From positions 5,987 through 69,986 of the forward strand of contig NW_019218601.1 in NCBI RefSeq assembly GCF_002571385.2: 64,000 nucleotides of DNA, given 5' to 3'. Made by a program: the position numbers and the translations under genes. The notes beneath the pieces were generated by a model. That model saw only the letters and a program-made list of their open reading frames with translations. It made no database searches and was not told the DNA's origin. This DNA is from Stylophora pistillata. Taxonomy: Eukaryota. This document shows positions 1 through 13,050 of the stretch, piece after piece (within the stretch, counting starts at the first letter, position 1; every line of letters begins with the position of its first letter).

Positions 1-850
1 TCGAAAGACATTATAACGGCAGATGGGCTACTAAACGCCCCGGGCCAAAGCAATGCCATTCAGAGAATGAAGAAAACATGGAAGCCTCATACGACACCGC
101 CACTGAAGATGATCTACTCGGCAAGTCTGAGGATAACGAACAAATCCCTCTGTACCAAATGCCTAGCAGAACATGCCCAGAATCCCTACAATATAGGGCG
201 AGGGCCAAAATAAGAGCAGACGAGGATTTCAAAAATGAGATAAAGCAAATCCTTAACAACGCGGAGCAAGAAACAGTAAAGGCGATCATGTGCTTCTATG
301 AACGTGAAATCGGTCGTTTTAATACCGAAATAAAGAAAAGAAAACGAGCCAAAACGGCTGGAACACTGAACACTAAGAACTGTAGTACGATCGAATCAGC
401 GCGCGTGGCGCAAGCTGAAAGCAATCAAGACAACTTAACGATCGAGACAGTCAAAAAAATAGCTGTACATCTACAAAGGCGAACGATTCGAAAAAGACGC
501 AATCCCTGATGTGCGTACTCAGTGCCACACATAAAGCAAATTCTCATGAAAAACTGGCATTTAATAGAAACACAACCACTACTGAGCGAACTATACAAAA
601 ATCCGCCGCTCGTATCTTACAAAAGAGGGCGGTCGCTCAAAGACATACTCGTGAGGGCTAAACTTTGAATAGGCTACTCTAAACACACGCTTGGGAGTCG
701 TGTAGGCCTGTCAACCCCATTTTACGCCACCATCTTCCTCTTCGCTACTGGAGACAACTTCGCTTCGTTCAGAAGAAGATTCACTTGACAAAACTTCAAT
801 ATCTGCCATCTCCTTCGCCCACGAATACAAACAAACAGTGAGTGAAATAA
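1..850 (+). mobile_element. Penelope-like retroelement remnant, internally deleted
   Basis: ORF 78-509 (CPESLQYRARAKIRADEDFK...) resembles a PLE N-terminal region. It is followed directly by a frame reading VPHIKQILMKNWHLIETQPLLSELYKNPPLVSYKRGRSLKDILVRAKL*, typical of the PLE RT C-terminal/thumb end. The RT core is absent. Confidence 0.65.
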
Positions 851-3800
851 ACCACGCTATCGGAGTGAACACAACCAGTGACGTCATCAATCCATTTCGC
901 TCGGTACCAGGGCCCGGACATGGTTTTGTGTAAAATTTTTGATTTGAACGGTTAAAAAAGATATCTTTCGCTTCTTTTTGGCCAAAGCAAATTATCTCAT
1001 GATGATCAGCATATTGAAAACTACAGGTTAGAGCAAATATTTCAGATGCGATAATTTCGTTTCAGTAGCACTTAAGGTTGACAAACATTTTCTTGTGAAT
1101 AGTCGAGAGAATTTGGTTACCCTATCGCCGCCAGAAATACGTTTTTTAGCAGTATAATTGGTATTCCAAAATGCGAAAACAAAAGCATCATTGACCACAT
1201 CCTTTTGCAAGGACTAGACGAATTCGACTCCAATAACGCCGAATCAGTTTAATTTGTTCTAGATAAATAAATTTTAAGCCTTTCTTTGGCTAAAAAGGAT
1301 TTACCCAATTAAACTTTGTCCGGGTGAAAACTTGTCAACATGTTTGCCGTAATGGCGGTAGAACATCTTCTTTATTTAGTTCAATTAAATTTCACTTTTC
1401 AAGGAGCTGAAACAGTTTCCCAGAGGAATATAAAGATAGAAATTGCACTCTACTCAGTACATCAATTAATGCAAACAAAATATTGACAAGAGTTTTCAAT
1501 TTTCATCAAGCAATCGCCCTCGAACTCAAGGAGTTGTTTACCTCTTCCTTCGCCTTGCGTAAATCCTAGTAGTTCTCAATTTTTCTTTCCGTGCACATAC
1601 AGAAATTATTGACACTGTTACGTCAACTCTAGCGCAGAGAGAGTGAATATGCATGGTCGTGAACCCCGCAACCTATTGTCCAATTCCAACTGCCATGCGC
1701 AAGACACTGCGGAGTTCTATTGGTTAAAAAATTATCCCGAAGGCATTCCATGGGTTTTTAAGTTCATATATGTTAATTTTGACTAAATTATAACTTCTCG
1801 AAAGCGAAACACAGTGTTTTGTCTCGTAAATATATTGCGATGTGAAGGAACTCGTTAAAGTTTGGGGTGTCCATGGTGTTCGCGACATAACTCTGTTTCA
1901 GGCAGTGATCAAAGGACCATTTAAGATTTCCAAGAAGACGTATTTAGCATCTTTGGGGTAAACAATGAAGCTTAGGGAAACTGTGGACAAAACATAGGTG
2001 AGTGAAATTTTGTGGAGTGCACTTTACACGAAAACACTAATAATTTATTAGGTTTGTATCGACGATTACTTCAACCACTAACAAATCCGAACTTTTCAAG
2101 CCCTTTTTAAGAACAAAACTTTCAGATTTAGTGACACATTTTGTGAAAGAATTCTCAAATGCAGATCCAATTTTCGTTTTTTTTTTTTATCCCCTAAAGA
2201 AATGAAATATTTGAGAAAATATTCTAGACAATTTGTAGATGAATGTGTACTTTAATAATTAAACAACGTTTTCAAATGGGTAGGACAATAATTAATGCTT
2301 GAATTCTTTCCCCTTCTCGCGAAAAAGAAATAAAATCAGTGTTTCTTTTAGTAGAAATTTCATGGTATATTTCTAGCAAAATCCAACGAGGAAATGATTA
2401 AATAACACACGTGTATTTGTAAGGGGATAAAGGTAAACTTTAATACATTTACAAAATAATTTTTTGTTGAACAAAATAAATCAATCACGGGTTCGCCGAT
2501 TCGCTTTGTTGTTCTTTGAGTTTGAAAATTGTATTTTCCAGTCAAACATTTTCCTATACAAAAAGTTGAAAAATTCCCAATTTCCTCTATAAGCCCCTAT
2601 CGAGCCTTGTGCTGAGGAACTATCCGTCTTTGAAAAATCTCTTCTCGCTTTTGTCCAGTTTTACACGCTCAAAGAGCAGAGATGATTTCCGATGAGCTTA
2701 ACTTTCATCTCGAATCGGTAAAAAATCAACATCAGTCAAAAGTGAGTTTTGTTATTATGTGGAATAAGATGCTGGAAATTTTGCCGGGGAACTATGGCAT
2801 CAAAGGCTTTAACAAACCAAAGCGACCTCATCAAGTTTTCGGTTTTACAGAAAGTCTGTCTTCTCAATAACTTCATTATTACTGTCAAAAAAACAAATTG
2901 TTATGATGAATTTTGAATCGCAGACCACAAAACAAAAACATCCTATTTACACTTTTCATCAAACGCTATAAAGAAACTGAGTTCTTTTTCCATAGGCTCA
3001 TCGGTCAGTTCAATGCTTCGATGCAGGGCGCATTTTTCTGTGTTCTTTGAATAAAAATATTTCTTAAGATTCCAGGTAAACATGAAAAATCTAAAGAATT
3101 AGTTCAGAATTTTAACAATTAATTTGCACGTAAAATGTCACTGGCTGTAAACTAGATTTAGGTGATTACTGCGTAAGCTCTAAAATAGAGCCATGATAAA
3201 AATTCGATTTATCAAAATAAATTGTTCAACTTTAGGTTTGCGTGCTCGCGTTTTTAATTGAGATCTCATTCCCGGTTGGTGTTTATTCTGACCTCACCGT
3301 TATACTGATAAAACCAATGGAAGATGAAAGACCCGTCACTGATTGGCTGGTGAGAGGGAAGACAAGGCAAATATGCTAAGCGTAAGTTCTTGTTATGTCT
3401 GCTACTTTGTCTTCCGCGCTGGCAATCTCACTTTTTTAATGAAATAAATGCTTAAAACCCACGAGAAGAAAAGAGAACTAAATTATTTTAACTGGTGAAA
3501 TTTCTGTATATTAAGTAAATCGAGCAAAATCTACAATCATCCGGAATTTTGTTACATTGAGTAAAACAAAGATCGTCTTATTCTAGCTGACCCTGCCCTC
3601 TCGACTGTGGAATTCTTTTTTTCATCAATGTTATCTAGGAATGAAAGAAAACCAAGTCCGAATTCTTCTCTGTGTCGCCTCCTACGCAGGCCTTTGGCCT
3701 ATAACGCGATTTGCGTGGGAGGTTTCAATCTTTTCTTCACCACAAAGGTCTTTAAAACTGCTCGAAATAGCACACATCAATCCTACTCGCATGTAGCTAC

Positions 3801-6800
3801 TGTGGTTAATTTTTTTAAGGAGAAAAACAAAGTCTGTGCGGGAAAAAATTTTAAATTAGAAGTGTCTTGACATTTTTTTTTTAAAGGTTTGTGACCTATC
3901 CTTGCGTGTTGGAATTCAGTTTTCCGATGCAATTTCAGATAACAGGATAAAACTGTTGGATAGTGTTACAACCCAACGTCAGGAAATCGGGGTTATTCTC
4001 ATCAATACAAAAAGTTAATTAGTGGCTACACACTGTAAAAGGATCAAGTAAAGAATGAACTCAAAAATTCAATGTATAAATTTGTATGATATCCCGGTTA
4101 AACCTTTCCACGAAATTCATTGAAAACCTTCTTGTCGGGCTCTCGAAAAACGCGAGAAAAAACTCGCGCAAGAGAGCAGACGCGCAAGGAGAACTTCCTG
4201 CTCGCGCGTTCAGATTATAATCACTCGAAATCCATTGAAAAGGCGCCAAAGTATTGATAACCTTGCTAGATAGGATTAAGCTAATTCCTGCAGGGTTTGA
4301 GATGATCATGATGCCACTAGGGTCACTTGCGTTACTCGGCGAATTAGTTAGCATATAGACCCTAAACAAACCAAGTTTGAGGGGTTGGAGGAGAATAATA
4401 TCTATAATGGCTAATGAGCTTTTCTGGAATGGCGGCTGACAATCAAAATTATTACCTAAGATATTCAGCACACAACCACCCACATAAGTATAGTTTCTTT
4501 GGGAATCTCATTTATTAAAGGTCAAATTGTCAGGTCTTTCTTCGGCCGAGAAAATTTATTGAAGTTTATTCGTATCTGTACCTCATTCACCGTCTGACGT
4601 GGAAACTTTTAGCACTCTCGTCGAACCTTGAGCTTTCTCATCACGAGTTTTGCCTTTCCTTAGGATTAGCTTTGATCTAGGTCTTCACTTTCAAAAATAG
4701 TTATTTTATAAATTGAAGAAAACTCAGCCTTTACACACCATTGTCAATAGAATCTTCAATCATTTCATATAACTCATAAGAATTAGAGACGAAGACGTTT
4801 GAAGTGAAGTTTCTTTCTCAGCTAACACTGGGCTCGAGTCGTTAGTTAAGTCCCAGCGGGGAACAAATAGCTATTTTTGAAACAGTTTGATCTCAATGAA
4901 AATAGTGCGTCGTCTAAACGAGCTAATGGCACCTGTTTTGAAATCTTCAATGATCTTTTTTGGCAGTTGATTGTTTTGGTGAGACGTACAGGTATGCTCG
5001 TCGGCACAACAGATTTCCTGTTGAGTGAGTGGGCGATGAAATATGTGGCACTAAAGAGTAAGTTTGAACTAGAAGCACGCAAACTTGATCAAGTACCAGG
5101 CAAAGTCGGAGACACAAAGATTTGCAAACCTCTCAAAAATTTTCTTTTCTTTTAGTATGCCAAAGTGAACGATGAATACCAACGAACAGTATATAGGTAA
5201 GGGGTTAGTGAAATTTTGCGAAGTTATTCAATTCTGTGTTTACTATGAGACAAAGGCTCACTTAGTTCGAGGCCTTAGACAGTCACTTGTTCAGAAGTTA
5301 CGTGCGTTAAATAAGAGAAAAACACATTGAAACATTGAGGCCTCTAAGGTACAAGTAAAACCAGGTCCTATTCCAAAAGTATCCCATGCGTATACTTGCA
5401 ACAAATTCACAACAAATTCACAGTTGAGCAGATAGTTCGGGCCCTTATATAGTTATCATTTTGTATTAGATGTAAAGAATGGCTTAAAACGGCAGCCATT
5501 GTATTAAAGGAACGTTGCTTTAACAAAGGTCGTTGTTTTTCACAGAGGGTGCAGGATTGGATTGTTTCGCTTTACAGAAGAGCGAGTTCTCACGCTTGTA
5601 ATTGTTTTTCCATTTTGTTCTTTCTTCACTGAAAATAAACCTTTCGTTTTGTTACAGCTCATTGACCTTTCTCTACTGGTGGTTACGCGTCACAATTTCA
5701 AATTAGATTCTTAGGCCTTGCATCGAATGAGAACTCTTTAGTAAGGTTTTCGAATGACATTGCAAAAAAGACTATTCGTTTGCCGGAGTCAGCAAAAGTG
5801 GTCTGTATACAAAGTTTTCAAAACTTTAAGTATGAAACAAACTTATAAATTTAACAAAACCACAGTTGGATAGCTGCCCACAGATATTGCCTGTTGCCCT
5901 TTTGTAGTGATGGCTTTTCTTAGGGAACGTTGATAGTATTTTGCTGGTGTGAATCAAATTTGGTAACGCCTAGTGACGCAAAAACACAGGTAACTCTCTT
6001 CGTCCTTAACAATCTGTTACTCACTTCTGTGTGAATTGAAATGGCCGCCTGGTTTACACTTTTGTTTTGACTCACCACTTGTATATAAACCAGCGTTTTG
6101 AGTTGGCCAAATGTTCACGCGTTATTTTCTTTGTTAGTTCCCAGTAAGAGTGGTGCGCTCTCGCCACGAGTTCTCAGCCGTCTAGTCAGTCAAGGAAAAG
6201 TTCTATTGTATTCATGATTCATTCACAATCGTAATTCAGAAGCAGTTTCAGCCGTGTCCCTTGAGACAAACAGAGTGCGTGCGAGCACAGAAAAGAACAA
6301 CACACGACTTTGAACAAAAAGGACAAGTGTTGTTGACGAAGTTTGATTTGGATTTTTTGACAGAACGTAGGTTAAACCTCTGAAAAGACTCTACAGAAGC
6401 CATAAAAGGAGCGAGGAATGGTCGAAAAGCTAAACAACAAACAGGAGCTACAAGGGGTCAGTTGATGTTTGTGTTTGGAAAGAACAAACATCAAAATTTG
6501 AAGTAAAAGTTTACGTAACTTGCAAGGTAAGTTTTGGTAATCGACCTCTGATGGGTGCTTCAGTAAACCTTGACGTTTCACTGCTCTGTTTGTAAAGTTT
6601 GGAAGAGTTTGTTTATCATTTTTGCATTCTCATAGAGAATGCTAGAATACTGGTGGATTGTAACGCGCGCTGTCATCTTATAATTGCCCTGAAATGCGCT
6701 CTGAGTCACGATTGAAATTGTCTTTTTCGGTAGAAACATCCGGATGCCCTAAGGCTTCGCTAAAATGGGTTGAGTGCGTGTTCAGATATTGATATTTATC

Positions 6801-9800
6801 CATCACGGACTGAAGTTCTGTTGGACCCCCCATTGTTTCTATCGCCATTGCTGATCGCATGAATAATGAGTCTATTTATTTAAGTGTCTTCACCCGTTGC
6901 CAAACGGTCATTTTCTCAGCTGGAAGTCCACCTAACCATATTGTGACTCGAATGCAAATATTCAGTCGGTATTTGCTGTTATAAATGTGCCCAACCAAAA
7001 CGCAAAACACCGCTAATTGCCTGTCTCTTCACACTTTTATAATGGAGCGATAAAAGCACCTTATTAATGAACGCTTATCTGATTTAAAGATGTCTTAACC
7101 TTTCACATGACAAATATGGATTATATTTACCGCAGAGCCCAACATCTTTTGATGTCAATTGCGACAAGTGAGCCATGTAAGGCCAAACGTTGCATGTTTA
7201 ATAGTTGGGCACGATGGTCGACGAGGATTACGTAAATGAAATAACCTCGGTATTTTAATATATTTCAAAGTTATTATGGCCGCTTAATTACTTGTTTGAG
7301 GCTATCTGTTTTGACTAATCACTCTTGCCGCACAAGCAGAACCAACATAAAATTTTTAAAACAAACTGAAATAACATGGATATTTAAAGAACACCTCGAT
7401 ACTATTCTAGGCGGTTAAAACGGTTACTCGTGCACATCCAGTATGGTTACACGTATTCTGACGCAATGAAGGAAATTGAAAGAAATGGGGTACAATACAG
7501 GTCAATGCATGAATTTAAAATGTATTCTTGCTAGTCACCCCTCCATATACCGGCCAAATAAATCATAACGAACAAGGAATAAGTAATTAAGTTTGTCGGT
7601 CTTCATTTCAGGTTTAATAATCTCGAACAGTACAGTCAATGGCGGCTTATGGTCGTCATCCATTTCGAAATAGAACGGAACAATAACAGTGATTTAACGA
7701 TTCAAACTAATATGCAAAACCTGCAAAACTTCTCGTGTCGGGGATCATCATGGAGAGAAATTTGCAAAAGAAAGACACTTGAATCAAAGAAGATAACTTC
7801 GTATTCGATTACAAGATAAAACGGTTAACGCGAATTCTTCGCAAGTTTTGACATAAACTTGGTATAAAATTCCCGCAGACGCTATGGCTCGGAAGTGAGA
7901 CAATTGAAATAAACGAATGGCTACAGCGCTGTTACGAAGGAAGGGTAACTTTGATTGGAAAGCAAGCTTACAAGTAAATTGATGAGCAAGTAAGTCTTTT
8001 ACTGTAGTCATTTTCAAGTACACGAAATTATTTTAGAGGGCATGTGGCATCGTGTATGAGTATTGTTATACGAACGTGTGCGCAGCTATTGTTGCGATGA
8101 CGAGTAAATAAGACTCCATTGAAGAGGTACGAACGGTACATAAACAGATCACCCACCAGTATCATAGCTCACTTCGTAACAGCTCTCTCTCCTCTTNCAC
8201 ATTACGAAATATTTTAAAATCTAATCTTCACCTCAGTTTGGCAGCCTATTGGCTTAAGGTTCTATAGTGCCTCTTGTTTCAGGAAACTAGTTGACCTCAC
8301 TTCCAAATTCCAAATGTCACAGGCTGAAAAAAATCTTCACCGGTTGATTTGGGTGAGGGTTAAAATAAGCAACACAGGTGCATCAGTTGTTGTAATTTCT
8401 TGTCCAAAGGACAGGCAGTGGGTCTTCTATTTTTTGAATTTGAAATACTTTCTTGTGTACTTTAGACACTTTTCAGGCATTCAAAACCGCGACGTATTCA
8501 GCCTTAGCCTCAGGGAAATTCCGAGGTTATCTTATTCAATTCAAGCTTCAAACTAAACAAAACTGAAGGATATTTTATGGTGATAACAAAGTCAGAGCCA
8601 ATTGTAGAATCTGTCTTAACTATCTTATCATTACACAACTGTTGGCTGTGTAATTAGCCACCTGTTTGTTCGGCATCCTATCACAGAGATTATTGAGATC
8701 AGATCTCTGAAGCAACCAGTGACTTGCTTTCCTATGTTCTAACATACTTCCAATCGCGTTTTTTACATTTAGTTTTGCAATTAGTCAAAAGTCTGAATTG
8801 ATGTTAAACCCAAATCCAAATGGTAACAACTTCAGCTTCATGGTAAATCCGAAAANTCTCGAACGAGGATTTAAATATATACGTTTGCCAGTCATTAATA
8901 TTCTCTCGAGTGCAGAAAGCAAACAGGCAAGTGCTGAAGTCTCTCAAGATGGAATTCTTAGACAAGACAAAACAGCATACACGGAAACTTAATAAATAAT
9001 GCTGAATAAAAGTGCCGAAACTGTCATAAAGTTGTATTGATGCTCCTGAAATCTCAGATAGGATGCAAATCTGTTGCAAAATATATCATTTGCCAAACCC
9101 TCCCTCAGGTAGATCTTACACTAAGCTGCCCACGTACCTAACATCATCTAAAATACATTTGAAGAAAGTGTGTTTCCTGTAGGCTAAATTAAAGGACAGC
9201 CAGCTATTTTATTGGGATTCTGTTTGGAGTGAATTTAGCATTGTTATAGCTTAAAAAAAAAAAAGCAACAACGAAAAGCAATTCTTCGAGTTTGTGAGAT
9301 GATTGAACGATCCGATCAAAATCAAATGAGAAATAACAAAATAATCAAGAAAATGCAAACATTTCTTCATATTTCAAAATAGATCAAATTGTGCAGTATT
9401 GAGGGCAAGATTATGAGTTTGATTATTCTGGCTTCATAGTTTTGTCATATAAAGTTTCATGTAAATTCCTCATCAAAATCCGACGTATTCGAAGTAGTTC
9501 GACCCCAACTAAATTTACCAGCGTCATGTGTAAGCAATCTAAAACCGAAATATCACAGAATATTTCAGTTGAATCGCTGAGAACATAAGTAAACACAAAT
9601 AACCTCTTTTTACAGCAACCTCAGGCAAGCTTTCTAAACGGTAAGATCACACAGTTGAGCCGTTTGTGTTCCTCTGTTGTTTAAGAGTCATTTAACTGCA
9701 GGCACGTAAGCTTTTAGAATTGACAACATTTGACAATTTGAAACAATAACATTTAATAACAAATCTGCGAGTGACTTTATCATAATGAATCAGGGAACAT

Positions 9801-11889
9801 TTTTAGCTCTGCATGAAAACTAAACTACCAAAGAAAAAGCGGGGTTCTTTTATTTTCGGTGAATTTTGACAAAACATCGAGTAAGAGTTTACTCTTTAAG
9901 AATCCTTAGTTGCAAAAAATCGCAAGAGTGGAAAGATATTTTATTCCTCCTAAAGTAAACTAGAAATGAACGGTACAAACTTCCTTATTTTCATGGAATT
10001 ATATATTTATCACACAGGTATTTCCTTTGAAATTGTAAAATTGAAAGCAGTTTTCTTTTCTTGTTTCTTTTCACAGAGTGAAAAGTCACGTACAAATGTT
10101 AGCACATTCGCGATTTTCATTTATACTTGGGAAAATTAATTTCCCTCCTCGGTTTGCTCAGTTGCATTAGCATAAAGTTTACATCTTGAGCTTTCAATAG
10201 TTCAAACCACTCTCACTCAATTTTCGGAATGGAATCAATACATGTAATAGACTTTGAGAATCACACCTGTCTCTTTATGCATTGCGCAAGACAGATTGCT
10301 TCTTAAATTTTAATTAGAATCCATCTTTTAAAATGTATCGTTCTCGCGTGAGATTTCACATCGAATATAGTTAAGTCATTAAACATATCATCGATGGAAA
10401 TTCTCACACATAAGTACCTTTTTTTCTCTTCCTTAGTCTTTCAGCTGTACAAGTTTTATAAAAATATTAACTTAACCTCAATGCAATCTCCAGCGTCTTC
10501 ATAAACTTAGTTATTACAAACCAAGTTNNNNNNNNNNNNNNNNNNNNNNNNNNNNNNNNNNNNNNNNNNNNNNNNNNNNNNNNNNNNNNNNNNNNNNNNN
10601 NNNNNNNNNNNNNNNNNNNNNNNNNNNNNNNNNNNNNNNNNNNNNNNNNNNNNNNNNNNNNNNNNNNNNNNNNNNNNNNNNNNNNNNNNNNNNNNNNNNN
10701 NNNNNNNNNTTTTTTTGCCTTAATATTTATTACTTGCCGTCAAATAGATAGATATGTCAGAAGCACCTTCATCCACTTAGGTTAAAATTTAGTCCGTATT
10801 ATTTACTAAACGTTGTAATTGACGGAGATTGGAGGTGAGTCACCTGCTGGATAATGGCTTAGTAGACACAGGAAGTCAACCGTAATTTATTGATGCCCAG
10901 TCTGGAAAACCTTCGAATGCCAACAAACATGTCGTATCATGCTAAAACCAAAAATGAAAACACACGAAAATGAAACTTTTCACTGCTGAAAAATGTTTCT
11001 GTTTTTGGAAACGTTTGCAAACAGAGAGTAAGACAAATGGTTTAGTATACACCAATGCCTACGGTATCGAAAAGTTAAGTGATCTCCGCCAAGAATAGCA
11101 CCGGCTGAGTACCTGTATCCATTACGAAAGTTTGTTTGAAAGGTCGAGGATGTTGACTTTAATTGTAGCAATTACCTTTGAGGGAAAATAAACTTCCTTG
11201 TCATTACAAGAGAATAGCGGAGTATGACCTTCATTCGATCGATTTTTGTTTCACGTTTAAAAACTTTCGCGAAAAGAGTTGAACAAATGGATCGTAAGAT
11301 TCTAATGAAACGCCTCGTGTAAATTTAGTGGATATTTTGGCGGCTAAAACAGTGTTTTTCAATTTGGACAACTTTATGATAGTAATTGGACGTGGGTAAG
11401 ATATAAAAATCGAAATTTAAGCCACATATTAGTCACTACTCTGGTTCGAGTTCTTGATAAATCAAGAGAGTGAATAATAATTATTAAGTAATTATTTCAG
11501 TAATTATTTATCCAGCACATAGACAGATTAAAGAAATCAATCTGTAATCCCGTGGGTGGAAGGCTGGGATTTCATCCTGAAAGTTAGATACTTTTTTCGG
11601 TTTCCCCTGCCGGTGTTCGAAGATCTGAGGTTTGTTAGCTACCTGTATTTCCCAGCGGGAGCTGCACATGGATGGCGGCCAATTTGTTGGGCTTGTAGCA
11701 CCTCACGCGGTGGCTATGAATACGTGATAAGTCAAGAGAACGACAACACACTAGAAAGATGTCGAATGACCACAATACTGTGCCATCTTAACACTTATTG
11801 TCTCATCCTAAGGGTCATCCTTTTGTGGTTAGCTGTATACATGTAAAGATGTCGAGATTTTTTTAACTAAGACACGACGACACGAACAT

Positions 11890-12728
11890 GTCGACACCGT
11901 TCTCGTCCGAATCCTGGTGAAAGACGTGAATGACAACAGCCCTGTGTTCTATGAACAACGTTACAAAAAACTCCTAACAGAGATACCAGAGCCTAAGACT
12001 GTGGTCGCCCAAGTTACAGCATTCGATAGGGACTCTGGGATAAATTCTGAGCTGGAATACTTTATAGTCAGCGGCAGTGACAGCCATTTTCGTATAGGCG
12101 AAAAGTGAGTGTCACTTTTCGTGTCACTTTTCTAAACAGTGTCACTGTTTAGAAGAACTTAAATTTGGTTTCCATTGGGATTAAAAAGACGATTATAACC
12201 TTGGTTGTTTCACAACAACTGTAAGTGATCCGTGACCGAGCGACACAAAGCAGTCCGTAAAATTAGACCATAGCGGGAAAGTGAATACCAGAGAAGTAAT
12301 TTTGTGGGTGACTGTTGTTTACACAAACCTACAAAACGCCCTCCACGAGCTTGAAGTTCTTAGCTAGATCCATGCCTTACCAGGACAGTTTACGATATCC
12401 AGTTAGTTCCTACTTGTTAACGAGTTCTTATATTTCTCACAATAGGACTGGAGCCGTTTCAACGAGCGGAAGCAAAAATCTAAAATCGCAGAATCTTCGT
12501 CTGTTTAACATAAGAGTGTCAGTGTCAGATTACGGGAACCCTCCGCGGAAGGCCAAACGGCAGGCTCGACTCTCTGTACTAGTATTCTTTCCACTCCGGT
12601 CACCTCTCATTCTAATCGAAACAACGGACACAACCATGACAGTTCGTTTTGACTTGAAGGACATGGCACGAAGCAACATCGCCAAATATGGCATCATTGT
12701 TCAAGAATTTGTTGATAACAACAACGAG
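11890..12728 (+). pseudogene. Orphan two-exon cadherin-repeat gene fragment with an FN3-like tail
   Basis: Exon ~11890-12104 reads DTVLVRILVKDVNDNSPVFYEQRY...VTAFDRDSGINSELEYFIVSG (DxNDN, AxDxD motifs). Exon ~12446-12728 contains VSVSDYGNPPR followed by ETTDTTMTVRFD...YGIIVQE and ends at a gtaagt donor. No flanking exons are visible and N gaps lie on both sides. Confidence 0.7.
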
Positions 12729-12859
12729 TGTAAGTACTTTATCTTTTTTCCCCAATTCATGATCATGAGACCAAGGAACCTGTCCTGACCCCAAGTCTTT
12801 TAAATTTAGTTCACAACTTTGAAACGAGTTCAATCACCGAGGGCTTGACCATTTTTCAT

Positions 12860-13050
12860 TCAGGTCCTCCTCCAAAAACTTACTTAAAGTGCCATCTGTC
12901 AAGCTAGCAGGTTATGGTCATAGGTGTTTCTCTTTTGTAGCACCGACTCTATGGAACTCTCTTCCGAACAACATAAGAGAGAGTGGCTCGCTATCAGATT
13001 TTAAGACCTGTATAAAGACATACCTTTTTAACAAATTTTATTATTAGACT
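12860..13050 (+). mobile_element. L2/CR1-type LINE 3' end
   Basis: Translates to LLKVPSVKLAGYGHRCFSFVAPTLWNSLPNNIRESGSLSDFKTCIKTYLF, the classic LINE ORF2 C-terminus, followed by a (ttag)-rich tail. Confidence 0.75.
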
